Source: a virus
Lineage: Duplodnaviria; Caudoviricetes
Length of the DNA stretch: 51,464 bases
Reading direction: 5' to 3' (one strand)
IMG/VR virus record: IMGVR_UViG_3300030110_002923
Span: 1 to 51,464 of that record
Every line of letters starts with the position of its first letter. Within the stretch, counting starts at the first letter, position 1. Made by a program: the position numbers and the translations under genes. The notes beneath the pieces were generated by a model. It saw only the letters and a list, made by a program, of their open reading frames with translations, did not search any database and had not been told where the DNA came from. This document shows positions 1-9,500 of the stretch, piece by piece.

Positions 1-101
1 GTAGATGACAGTATAAAACAAAAAGTAAAAGCAGAATGTATATTTTTGACACACAATAAAGAAATGCATGAGTACAATATTAAAAATGAAATAAAAGGCG
101 A
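1..101. repeat. Terminal direct repeat / circular assembly overlap (copy 1)
   Basis: 1-101 equals 51364-51464 except position 99 (c) vs 51462 (t), a synonymous GGC/GGT change. Confidence 0.95.
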
Positions 102-261
102 GGAACTGTTATGGAATCCAGAATATCAAGAAGATAAAACTTCTGAATATGGTGGAGAAAATATAAGATATAATCGCTTTTATAAGAATAAGTGTATTAC
201 AGCGTTTAAATTTTTACATAATGAAAATGTAAGTTGGCAAAAAATACGTTACATATTTTAA
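1..261 (+). CDS. splB: C-terminal part of spore photoproduct lyase-like radical SAM protein (continues from 50761 across the junction)
   Basis: Frame 1 reads VDDSIKQKVKAECIFLTHN...YGGENIRY...IRYIF*, continuous with the ORF at the window end. The 46..261 ORF call is a fragment of it. Confidence 0.85.
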   Translation, partial: VDDSIKQKVKAECIFLTHNKEMHEYNIKNEIKGEELLWNPEYQEDKTSEYGGENIRYNRFYKNKCITAFKFLHNENVSWQKIRYIF

Positions 262-265
262 ACAA

Positions 266-370
266 TTTGGTGGTGGTATAAAAACTCTAAATATATATCA
301 TAGTTAGATAGGCTGATAAGCTATTAAAAAGCACAACATTGCCTGGCTGGAAGTTGCAGGAACCACTAAA
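266..370 (+). other. Stem-closed intergenic structured element
   Basis: tttggtggt (266-274) can pair with accactaaa (362-370) using one G-U pair. It fills the gap between the splB-like stop and the next RBS. Confidence 0.4.
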
Positions 371-384
371 AAACGGAGAAAAAG

Positions 385-546
385 ATGAAACATATTAGAA
401 ATATAGAAGCAGTATACGATATACTCGTAGAAGTAAGAAAAGTTTTTAAAGCATTAAATGGAGATACTATAGTTGCACTAAACAGAATGAGTGCACTTGT
501 CACAAGAATTGATAGAATACTGGAGGATAATAAAGATGAAAAGTAA
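385..546 (+). CDS. Hypothetical protein (53 aa, not in ORF track)
   Basis: GGAGA RBS then ATG; MKHIRNIEAVYDILVEVRK...EDNKDEK*. Confidence 0.65.
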   Translation: MKHIRNIEAVYDILVEVRKVFKALNGDTIVALNRMSALVTRIDRILEDNKDEK

Positions 547-679
547 TAATATGAATAGTCAAGAACTTAAATCAAGAAGAATCTTGGCTATTAAAGAAAA
601 ATCTAATAAATTTGACGCTAAAAAGTATCAAAAAGAGCGTTATGCTAAAATCAAAAAAGATAGGGAGTGGTGGTTGTAA
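536..679 (+). CDS. Small basic hypothetical protein
   Basis: GGAGGA RBS at ~522 favours the ATG at 536 over the GTG at 491. Its stop overlaps the next ATG (TAATG). Confidence 0.6.
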   Translation: MKSNNMNSQELKSRRILAIKEKSNKFDAKKYQKERYAKIKKDREWWL

Positions 680-810
680 TGGGAAGACCTAAAAAAATAC
701 GTAGTAAATTTTGGTTACTATGGTATAAAAAAGTAAGAGGCAAATCAGTCGATTGGATTGCAAAAAGATACAAAGTATCTAAAAGAACTGTATGGAGACA
801 TTTAAAGTGA
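679..810 (+). CDS. Stand-alone Hin/resolvase-type HTH DNA-binding protein (43 aa, not in ORF track)
   Basis: MGRPKKIRSKFWLLWYKKVRGKSVDWIAKRYKVSKRTVWRHLK: N-terminal GRP arm and GxSxxxIAxxYxVSxxTVxRxL HTH pattern. Confidence 0.7.
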   Translation: MGRPKKIRSKFWLLWYKKVRGKSVDWIAKRYKVSKRTVWRHLK

Positions 811-1250
811 TAAACGGAGGGGCTATGGAAGCAGCTGAAAAACTAAGAGAATACCAAGTAAAAACTAATAAAAACAATAAGTTTGACATTGACCTTGACT
901 TTGGTGTTCAGTATGAAAAAAGCCTAGCTAAAACACTAGCTATGGGCAAAATAGAGGTAAAGACAGAAAGAGATAAATGGAAAGCTACTGGAAATATAGC
1001 AGTAGAACTTGCTTGCAGAGGTAAATTAAGTGGCTTAAACGTTACTGAAGCAGAGTGGTGGGCTCATATTTTAACTTACAAAGGTGAGATAATAACAACG
1101 TTGTTAATACCTGTAAGCAAATTAAAAGTATTAGTCAAAGAAATAGTTATGGAGGGGAAAGGGAAGATGGTAATGGGAGGAGATGACAATCAGAGCGAAA
1201 TTGCATTAATCCCTTTAAAGGAGCTAATGAGTGGAATTCAAGAAAAATAA
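792..1250 (+). CDS. Putative PD-(D/E)XK-fold nuclease-like protein
   Basis: FDIDLDFG...E, IEVKTE and TGNIAVE...SGLNVTEAEWW motifs. The real start is probably the ATG at 825 after GGAGGGG. Confidence 0.6.
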   Translation: METFKVINGGAMEAAEKLREYQVKTNKNNKFDIDLDFGVQYEKSLAKTLAMGKIEVKTERDKWKATGNIAVELACRGKLSGLNVTEAEWWAHILTYKGEIITTLLIPVSKLKVLVKEIVMEGKGKMVMGGDDNQSEIALIPLKELMSGIQEK

Positions 1251-1530
1251 GAAGTATTACTCTAGCTTAACAGAGATAGAAGACTGCTATTGGCTATGTG
1301 AAAACCCTTTATTTTTGTGCGGAGATAAAGGGTTATTCCCTGTTTATAGAGCAGAGAAAAGATATGGTATATTAAATAAAAACTATCATGAGTTAGTGTT
1401 AAAAGATATACCTAAAAGTAAAATGAAAGAATTAGGTATAAAAGCAACGCCTGGAAATAAATACGCTGAAAATGTACTAAATTTTGAAAAGGAGGTAAAT
1501 AAAAAAGATGAATTATTCAAAAAATTATAA
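1231..1530 (+). CDS. Hypothetical protein
   Basis: Overlapping, co-oriented ORF with AAGGAG upstream. Confidence 0.65.
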   Translation: MEFKKNKKYYSSLTEIEDCYWLCENPLFLCGDKGLFPVYRAEKRYGILNKNYHELVLKDIPKSKMKELGIKATPGNKYAENVLNFEKEVNKKDELFKKL

Positions 1531-1804
1531 GGATATAAAAGTTATTATAGACGAAATAATTGGAGTTGAAACACAGCAAGGCAAAAACTTAAAAAAAGCT
1601 ATAAAAAAATACTTTGAATTAGAAGCATTTAATGTTAAATTAGTGACTAGTAATCCAAATATGTCTGAAACAAAGTATGTTAAAATTTCTAAACTTGTAT
1701 ATGATGAAGAGATGAAAAATGCAATGAATAAGTATACTGACAAAATTAAAATAGATTTGGATAAAATTAAAGCAAAAGGAGATTATTGCGGTATAAACGG
1801 TTGA
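1508..1804 (+). CDS. Hypothetical protein
   Basis: AGGAGGT RBS; part of a packed co-oriented run. Confidence 0.7.
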   Translation: MNYSKNYKDIKVIIDEIIGVETQQGKNLKKAIKKYFELEAFNVKLVTSNPNMSETKYVKISKLVYDEEMKNAMNKYTDKIKIDLDKIKAKGDYCGING

Positions 1805-1816
1805 GATACCTAAATA

Positions 1817-2143
1817 TTGCAGTTTGCAAATGATATGAGTGATGGATTTAGAGTCAAGAAAAAGCCTACAATTAAAGAGATAACTTCTAGTGTATTAGAA
1901 TTAAACAGTAGAATTAATTCTTTGATGGGTTTATTAAGTGAGCTTGAAAAAGCATTTAGCTTATATATTGAAATGAAAAATGATAATGAGAACTTTACAA
2001 AATTTATAGATGAAAAAGTCAAACAATACGAAAAATCCCAATCTGACCCAAAACCAAATGAAGCTGTTACTGGACAAAATATTCCAGCAGATTCAAATGA
2101 TGAGGGAAGCGGGACAGAAAGAGTACGCAAGAAAGGAAAATAA
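1817..2143 (+). CDS. Hypothetical coiled-coil protein
   Basis: Heptad-like segment; its 3' end overlaps the next gene. Start uncertain (ATG at 1834-1837 region). Confidence 0.6.
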   Translation: MQFANDMSDGFRVKKKPTIKEITSSVLELNSRINSLMGLLSELEKAFSLYIEMKNDNENFTKFIDEKVKQYEKSQSDPKPNEAVTGQNIPADSNDEGSGTERVRKKGK

Positions 2144-2348
2144 CGCATTCGGAAACTTTGAAAGAGTTGCTGAAAACCTTGATTTAGACAGAAAGGAAGT
2201 TTTACTTGTCTATTTATTAAAGCATATAGACGGTATTTGTTCTTACGTAAAAGGCCATAAAAGCCAAAGAGAAGATATTAGAGGTAGATTAACAGATTCT
2301 ATAGTTTATTTGTGTCTTCTTTGGGGAATGGTAGATTGCGATGATTAA
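2010..2348 (+). CDS. DUF1599/Nmad1-like all-alpha (MazG-like) nucleotide-related protein
   Basis: KEYA...AFGNFE...YLLKHID...EDIRGRLTDSIVYLCLL pattern. The true start is probably downstream (~2043-2058). Confidence 0.6.
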   Translation: MKKSNNTKNPNLTQNQMKLLLDKIFQQIQMMREAGQKEYARKENNAFGNFERVAENLDLDRKEVLLVYLLKHIDGICSYVKGHKSQREDIRGRLTDSIVYLCLLWGMVDCDD

Positions 2349-2529
2349 ATGCCCAGTTTGTAAAGAGTTGATTAGTCCTTCATCAGTAGCGTATAAAGCC
2401 TCTTGTGGTTTTGTTAACGAAGATGGAAGTTTTCATGAGCAAGAGTCTGTATTAATTCACAGAGAATGTCATTACGATTATACATACAATCCTTTTAGCG
2501 AATTAGAAGAACTTTTAAAAAACGGTTAA
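2341..2529 (+). CDS. Small Zn-finger protein
   Basis: CPVC...HREC metal ligands. It is the last gene of the + arm. Confidence 0.65.
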   Translation: MIKCPVCKELISPSSVAYKASCGFVNEDGSFHEQESVLIHRECHYDYTYNPFSELEELLKNG

Positions 2530-3503
2530 CGAAATGGGTCTGGAGATATTTTTGTTCTTCCCCAAAATCCTGTTGCAGGTAACCTGCTAAATAAACCTGA
2601 CATACCAGTATCTCCTGTCTCTCTTCTTGTTTGTAATATCAATCTAATTAAATCATCATGATATTTTTTTACTTCTTGTAAATTTTTAGGATTTACAGGC
2701 CCTGTTCCAAAATCTCCTAAATAAGTAGCAACAACATCATTAGGCCTACCAGGCTTAGGCATTAATCTAGCGTCAAATGCACCTTTTTGGCCATGAACCA
2801 TTCCTCTGTATTTATAATCACCTCCTAAAGCTTTGTCTGTAGCAAAAGTATTTCGATTAGGAGTAGTTCTTCTGGATATATCAAAAATTCTCATACCAGC
2901 GCTAGTATCATATACTCTAAATTTTGCTTTTTTATTATTTTTAGTATATTCAACCATATTATTAATTGCCATTCTTCTTGCTTGTTCTTTAGGACCTTTG
3001 AATACAACTTGTTCAGGAACGTGTGATTTAACGTCTTCAAAATCAATATCTATCATTGGAGTTTTTTTGAACCTTGCCCAATAAGATGGACTTGCTTTAT
3101 CATATGCTGGATTATAAAAAACACCTTTTCTTAATGCTACATTTGCAGTAGGTTGTTTTATTTGTTCTGCAGACATATCGCCTAGCTGACCCCATAAAAT
3201 TTCTGAATCTTTTTTCTTAAAAACACCCGTTTGGTCCATAAAATCAAGGTCTCTTTCTACTTTAAATGCTTGCCCTCTACTATCAACGCCTTGTACATTA
3301 AATCTTCTATTATTTTTAAATATATTTAAATTAGGATTAATGTTTGTTATTCTAGCGGCAATACCAGGGGCTGAATTCATTGCGCTTTTATTTGTAGGAT
3401 TAGCTAAAGCTCTGATTAATTTCATTCCAAGGTCACGAGTTTCAGGGTCTCGCAAAGCAGCTTTCCCTGTAATTTTAAATAAACGTATCATCCAACTTTG
3501 CAT
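2526..3503 (-). CDS. AEP-superfamily (All3500-like) nucleotidyltransferase-fold protein
   Basis: MIDID (motif I), FRVYDTSAGMR (motif II with R in place of H), LGGDYKY, FDARLMPKPGR and late HD. Coupled to the vRNAP gene (TAATG). Confidence 0.6.
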   Translation of the reverse strand: MQSWMIRLFKITGKAALRDPETRDLGMKLIRALANPTNKSAMNSAPGIAARITNINPNLNIFKNNRRFNVQGVDSRGQAFKVERDLDFMDQTGVFKKKDSEILWGQLGDMSAEQIKQPTANVALRKGVFYNPAYDKASPSYWARFKKTPMIDIDFEDVKSHVPEQVVFKGPKEQARRMAINNMVEYTKNNKKAKFRVYDTSAGMRIFDISRRTTPNRNTFATDKALGGDYKYRGMVHGQKGAFDARLMPKPGRPNDVVATYLGDFGTGPVNPKNLQEVKKYHDDLIRLILQTRRETGDTGMSGLFSRLPATGFWGRTKISPDPFR

Positions 3504-6500
3504 TAAAAACCTACCTTAGGTTGATTATACCTAACACCTTCTTCAATCTTTTTCTTTCTTTCTGTAGAAAACTTTTGTAAATCTCTTAGAGGCATACCAG
3601 CCATTTTTTCTAATAGTCTAGAAGGATTTTCTATTAAACCTTTACCTGGTTGAACTAAATCTCTAACTATTCTGCCAAATGGAAACATTGTATATACTTG
3701 ATAATCACTAAATTTAGTGTAATCATCTTTTGCCCACTCCATTATACCTGCTATAGGAAATCTTGTAATAGGAGGAGTAATCATTTGCAACGGAGCAATA
3801 GCTGTAGGTAATACTCCAAAGAAAGCTCTTTCTCTATCTCTTTCATTTCCAAATAGCCAATCAGCTGTGTCTTGAAACCAGCTTAAAGGCTGTGGCAATG
3901 CATTGTCAAACAAACTATACATAAACATATTGCCTAAAGCCAATACTAATAAATCAATTGTCATAGTTCTTTCAAATTTTTCATATGCTGAAGTACCAGG
4001 TTTAAAACCGTATCTAGCAGCTTCTCTTATGATATCATTACGAAAACGTGTCGAATTCCACGCATATAATTGAAACCTAGACATAACCTTGCCTAGAGCA
4101 GTTCTCGCAAACATAGGCCTTTGTGGAGCTTCATATAAGAATTGCGTAGCTTTTACACCTTTTTTACCCATCTCTATTAAAAACGGATGCTCAGGGTCTG
4201 TTATAGCTCCTCCGAACCTTTCCCAAGCTCTTATATAATGTGCCATAAAAGCATCTCTTCTTAAAGTTCTTTCAGGTATAGACATAAATTTAGAAGCTAC
4301 AGACATCATTCTATCACTTAACTTATACTTTTTACCTAAAGATAATACTTCTTTTCTTTCTATAGGCTCTTTTGAATTAATCTTCGAAGACAATTCTCCT
4401 ATAAAACTCTCAATACTTCTTTTTGTAGTAGCATCTTGACCCAAACCTAATTCGTGAATCATAAACTCTGGAACAACACCTTTTTTAACTACCCAATTTT
4501 CTACATCTTGCAAACTATTAAAATTAGGATTAATTCTTTTTAAATATTTCATATCTCTAGCTTTCATAAACGCACCATGACCTGCTGATTGTATTGTATG
4601 TAAACTACCACCAAATATATTAGTAACAGCCGATTTAGGATGCGCAAGTAAAGAAGCTAACTCAAACTTTGCTTCCATATTTGACCAATGCTTTATATCT
4701 TGAAACGTAAAATCTTTTAATTCTTTAGGCAAATCACTTTCTCTTATACCTAGTTTTTCTCTAACTTTATTAACTCTATCTAATACTGTGCTATCTGCAA
4801 ACCAAGCATATGGAGTACCTTTCAGTTTCATATCAGGGTCGTCATACCATTTCTTAGGAATAACATCTGGTTGTCCCATAGCACCTTGTACGTAAAGTTT
4901 AAAATATTTTTCCCATTTACTAGCTAATTTATTTCCAAATTTCTTTGTCATTCTTTCTTTAGCATCATGAATAGTTTTTCTTGACATAATTTGATTCATT
5001 TGTTTAAAATAAGTAGATGTAAGGTTTCTAACATATGCATTCATTACACTTAAATCTTTAGACCATCCGCCTACATGCCCTTCTCTTTGCATCATGGAGC
5101 CAAAGCTAGTATTCATATCTGTCCATTTAACAGTTTCAGTAGCTTTGCCTCTTTTTTTAGCAATATCTTTTAAACCTTCAGTTATTTCAATTACATCTAC
5201 CTTGTCAAAATCTTGTATATTTTGAAACTCCCACTCTCCTGTAATAGTATTGTGTCTCATTAACAAACTTTGTATTCTAGATTTTTTTTGCTTTTCATTT
5301 AAATTAGGATTATTCCTTATAAAGTCTAAAGTTCTTTTTACGTTTAATTCAGACGTTCTTTTGTCAAAAAACATATGAGGCCAGTAATAAGTATAGTCCA
5401 TAGGCCTTGTAGCTTTAATTTTCCAGCTTTTATACGTTGCTTTTTGTTCAGGAGTTTTAGCCAAATCATACATCATTGAACGCTGTATATTTCTCATTCC
5501 ATCAATACCCAAATTAATAGGTATATCATCTCCTCTTTCAAGAGATTTAGTCATATCTTCTACAAATAATTTCCAATTCATTCTAGGCTGTGTTTTGTTA
5601 GCGTCAAAATATTTTCCAGTCTTATACCTATTAATTGATGTCCCGTCACCAGCCATTAAAGGAAACAATGATTCAAATCTTTGAGCAACTTTATTTTTAA
5701 TACCAGTTAAACTCTTTTCTTTGTTTCCATTTACAATTTCCTGGCCAGTAGCTTGTATTCTTTTATTATTATCATTCAATAAAGTAAACTCTTTGTCCTT
5801 TAATTTAGGCCAATTAAACTCTTTTTCTGTTGCTGCTCTAGATTCATCATAATTAAGCTTGTAATGCTCTTTCATATCAGATTCTAAATTTCTTCTTTTA
5901 TCAATACTTTGTTTCATTCCTAACTCTGCTTGACCTACAGCTATTTGGAATAAAGCATTTCCTTCTTTAAGTTCAGATATATTTACAAATTGATTTTCAA
6001 TATCTTTTGCTAAAACTTCAGCTTTACCAATAGCCAAACTATTTGCTTCGTGTGCTTGGTTCATCAGCATTTCTAAAAAATAAGTAGGTCTTCTAACATA
6101 ACCTTCTTTAATTCTTCCGCTTTTAGTTAGATACCATTGTTTTTGTTTTAACCATTTAATATCATAAGCCATTAACTCTCTATTAACAGTTGTTGGAAAC
6201 ATTCCATAGTATCTTTTCATAATATCTGGAGTAGGATTTTTTCTAAGATTTTGAAACCAAGTCCCAGATTCTGCTTCTCTTAAAAAGTTTCTCACTTGAA
6301 CAAAGTCTTGCTTAGTAAAAGTGTTTAAATCTTTACCCATTCCTTCGGGGTCTACTTCAGCCGAAATACCTCTCATTTGCTCATTTAAATCTGGAATATT
6401 ATTTCCTAATTTATTATTATATCTTTTTAATATAGTGGCTATTTCAGTAATAACAGCTTTGTCCTCTGCATTAACTTCTCCCTTTTTAATGCCAGCATAC

Positions 6501-9500
6501 CCTTCACCTTTATGAGCAGACATAACTAAATCATCAGCTAAATTTTGTTCATTTATAGGATTTCTATCTAAAACATTTTCTACTCCCATAGTAGTAGCTT
6601 TAAATGTAGGTTTGTCTAAAGGAGTCCAAATCTTATTAAAAACATTATTCATAGATTTTAAATGATTTTGTATAGCTATAGGAGATATTTCTTCAGAGTT
6701 AAACGCTAATCTACTTTGAGTAGTTCGTGAAGTTTCTTTTATTATTTTGTTCATTAACTCTCTAAATACAGGACTTGCTTTTTTCTGAGGTAACGCTTTT
6801 ATTAATCTGTTTACCTTACTCATATCACCTCTGTCTAAAGTGCCTATAAATAAATGGTCAAACAACTCTCTTTGTGCATCATTTTTTAATCCATCTTTAT
6901 ATTGCCTTATTTTAGCATCTAATTGCTTTTGGTCCCAAACAGTAGACCTTTTATCTCCTTGTATATCTTGCAAGTTTTTCTTGATACCTAGCAATGCATT
7001 TACAAATTCTATATGTTCTTTGTCTTTAGCAGTTCCAGCAATAGCATCATAATCTAATTGTACTCTTTCTTTTCTAGACAAATAGCTTCTAGCTTTAAAT
7101 TTAGCTACTGCATTACTAATGCTTTTCAAATCTTTAATCGGCATTCTTTCTTTTTCAAGTATTCTTTTAACAGATTTTATTGTAGCCATAGTAGCAACAT
7201 CATTAGATAAAAAATCTTCTGCTTGTCTATTCATTTGCTCTAATATAGAAAGCCTTTCTTTATAAGTATATAATTTAGCTAATCTAGCTTCTTTTCCTCC
7301 ATATCCTTCAAATTCTTTGCCCCAGACAGAATGCTTAACAATATTTAAAAACTCTTTTAAACTTGCAGGGTCATCTCTTAATGCTATTTTTCTTCTAACG
7401 GCAGGGTCATGTAGCTCATGAGCTAAATTTGCTTTTATATGTTCATTATAAGTAACTGTAAAGGTACTTCTATTCATAGCATCTTTAAGCCAGTTACCAA
7501 ATTTTCCTTTTTTATCAGTAACTATATCGTTTATTTCTGCATATGTTTGCTCTATAGCACCTCTATCAACTCTTCTAAATAAATTGTCACTCCAATCTAA
7601 TCCTTCTAATGTATCAACTATTTTTGGCAATATAGTATTTTTTTGTTTCTCACTAAGCATTCCTATATCAGAAGCCAAATGATTTACTTCATCCATAGAA
7701 TAGTTTCTACCTTCACTCCAATTTCTTCCAAAATAAGCACTATTCATATTTTTAAATGCACCTAGCAAAGAAGGAGCTTTATTATAATCACTCCTATCTC
7801 CATAGTAATCTCCTTGAGACCAATTTTTAGGTTCTTTGTCTAGTTTAAAGTATTTTTTACTTTTAGGATTATATTTTTCAAACTTAACATTAAAATATGA
7901 ATCATACATAGTTTTAAAAAAGTGACTAGGTTCTCTTAATCCAGCCTCATCCATAGGGTCTGATGCAAAAGCTGTTTGAGCTCTTACCATTTCTCTCTGA
8001 TATGCTAAATCTTTTTTACCAAACTTAGGAGTAACAGTTACTCTAAAAGTACCACCATTTTTTCCTCTTTTAAATACAGTAAATACATCTTTTTTACCAT
8101 CTGCTTCCATTAAAGCGTTAAATGTAGACTTCATTACTTGAGATTGAGATACAGCTAATCCAAGCATATCTCTACCTTTTACAGCTCCTTGAGAAGCCAT
8201 TATTCTTGCTAAGGGAGAATAGTATAAAGCTTTACTTTCTTTTAAAGGATTACCTTTTCCAGCTCCTACTGTCAATACTTGTGCAAATGTTTGTCCTTTG
8301 TACGGACCATGTTGTATAACTGCATTTTTATTATCTTCAACGTGTGTTTGAGCTTTATTGTAATACTCGTTTTTATTTGCGTCTATTGCATTTAACCAAG
8401 CTTCTTTCATGCCATAGCCAGAATTATCTTTATTCTTTCCTCCTAAATAGACAAATGCTTCATCTCCATCAAGGTCAGCACCACCTAGTGCTCTCATAGT
8501 TTTAGAATTAAGCATTATCCCATGACCTTTTCTTCCTGTAAAGCCTTTAAATTGCAGTTTATGTGCTCCAGATATACTATCCATAGGAACACGTAAAACT
8601 AATGCATTAAAGTATTTTGCAAAATCTGGATTATTTTGTTCTTTGTCCCACAACTTTCCAAGTTCTTTATACTTTCCATTATCTAACCTTATTTTAGTAT
8701 TTCTATAAGCATCGTCTAAATAAAATATAGTATCATTTGTATCTAATTCTTTAAAATCTTTTTGCATCCATTTGTCATAAGGTCTCATCCTAGCTAATAA
8801 AGAGTTTTCTATTTTAGGTCTAGTAACTGATTTGACAAAGTAATTGTGTAATACTGATGCTTTATAATCTCTTACAAATTTATGCATAAAAGCAGGGTAT
8901 CCTGTTTCTCCAGCAGCATTAGCTTCTTCGCCTACTATAGCTGAATTTTTTAACAGTCTGTCTATAGGAGACACTGCTTCTGTGAATTGCCTTATTCTTT
9001 CAGCTCTTTGTTCTGCAGTTGTTTCCCCGTCTTGAAAAGACATTTCAATATCTTTCTCTACTATTCTTAACATTCTTTGCAATGCTAATTCTGCAAATCT
9101 TTCAGCCCCAGGAGTCTTTAAAGTTTTAATCAGTTTAGGTGTAGATAATTCTTCTAAATTTTCTACTAAAAAATCTATTTTGTCTTCAGATTTAGTTAAT
9201 CTGTATTCTTCTAATACTTTGTTATAAACTTCATTACCATCAAAATTCTTTTTAATAGTCTCTTGGAATATATCTTCTATTGTATACTTGTCAATTGGTG
9301 TACTAGCAAATTGATGTATATTTGTAAATAGCTGTTTAACCAATACTTGTTTTTGCTCCATATGAGGGTCTTGTATAACTGAAGTGCTGTATTTAACACT
9401 TTCTGGATTAAGTTCATATATTTTACCTCCAGTAAATTCTAAACCTCCTTGTTGAACTACGTTTAAAGGCTTAAAACTATCTGTTTTTTTATCATAAGTA

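Noticed and set aside
1-101. Biological terminal repeat marking the physical genome ends
   Set aside because: The repeat falls mid-gene and is read/k-mer sized, so it is best explained as a circular assembly overlap. The single synonymous mismatch looks like population variation.
46-261. Independent 71-aa gene
   Set aside because: It is the in-frame C-terminus of the splB-like gene starting at 50761.
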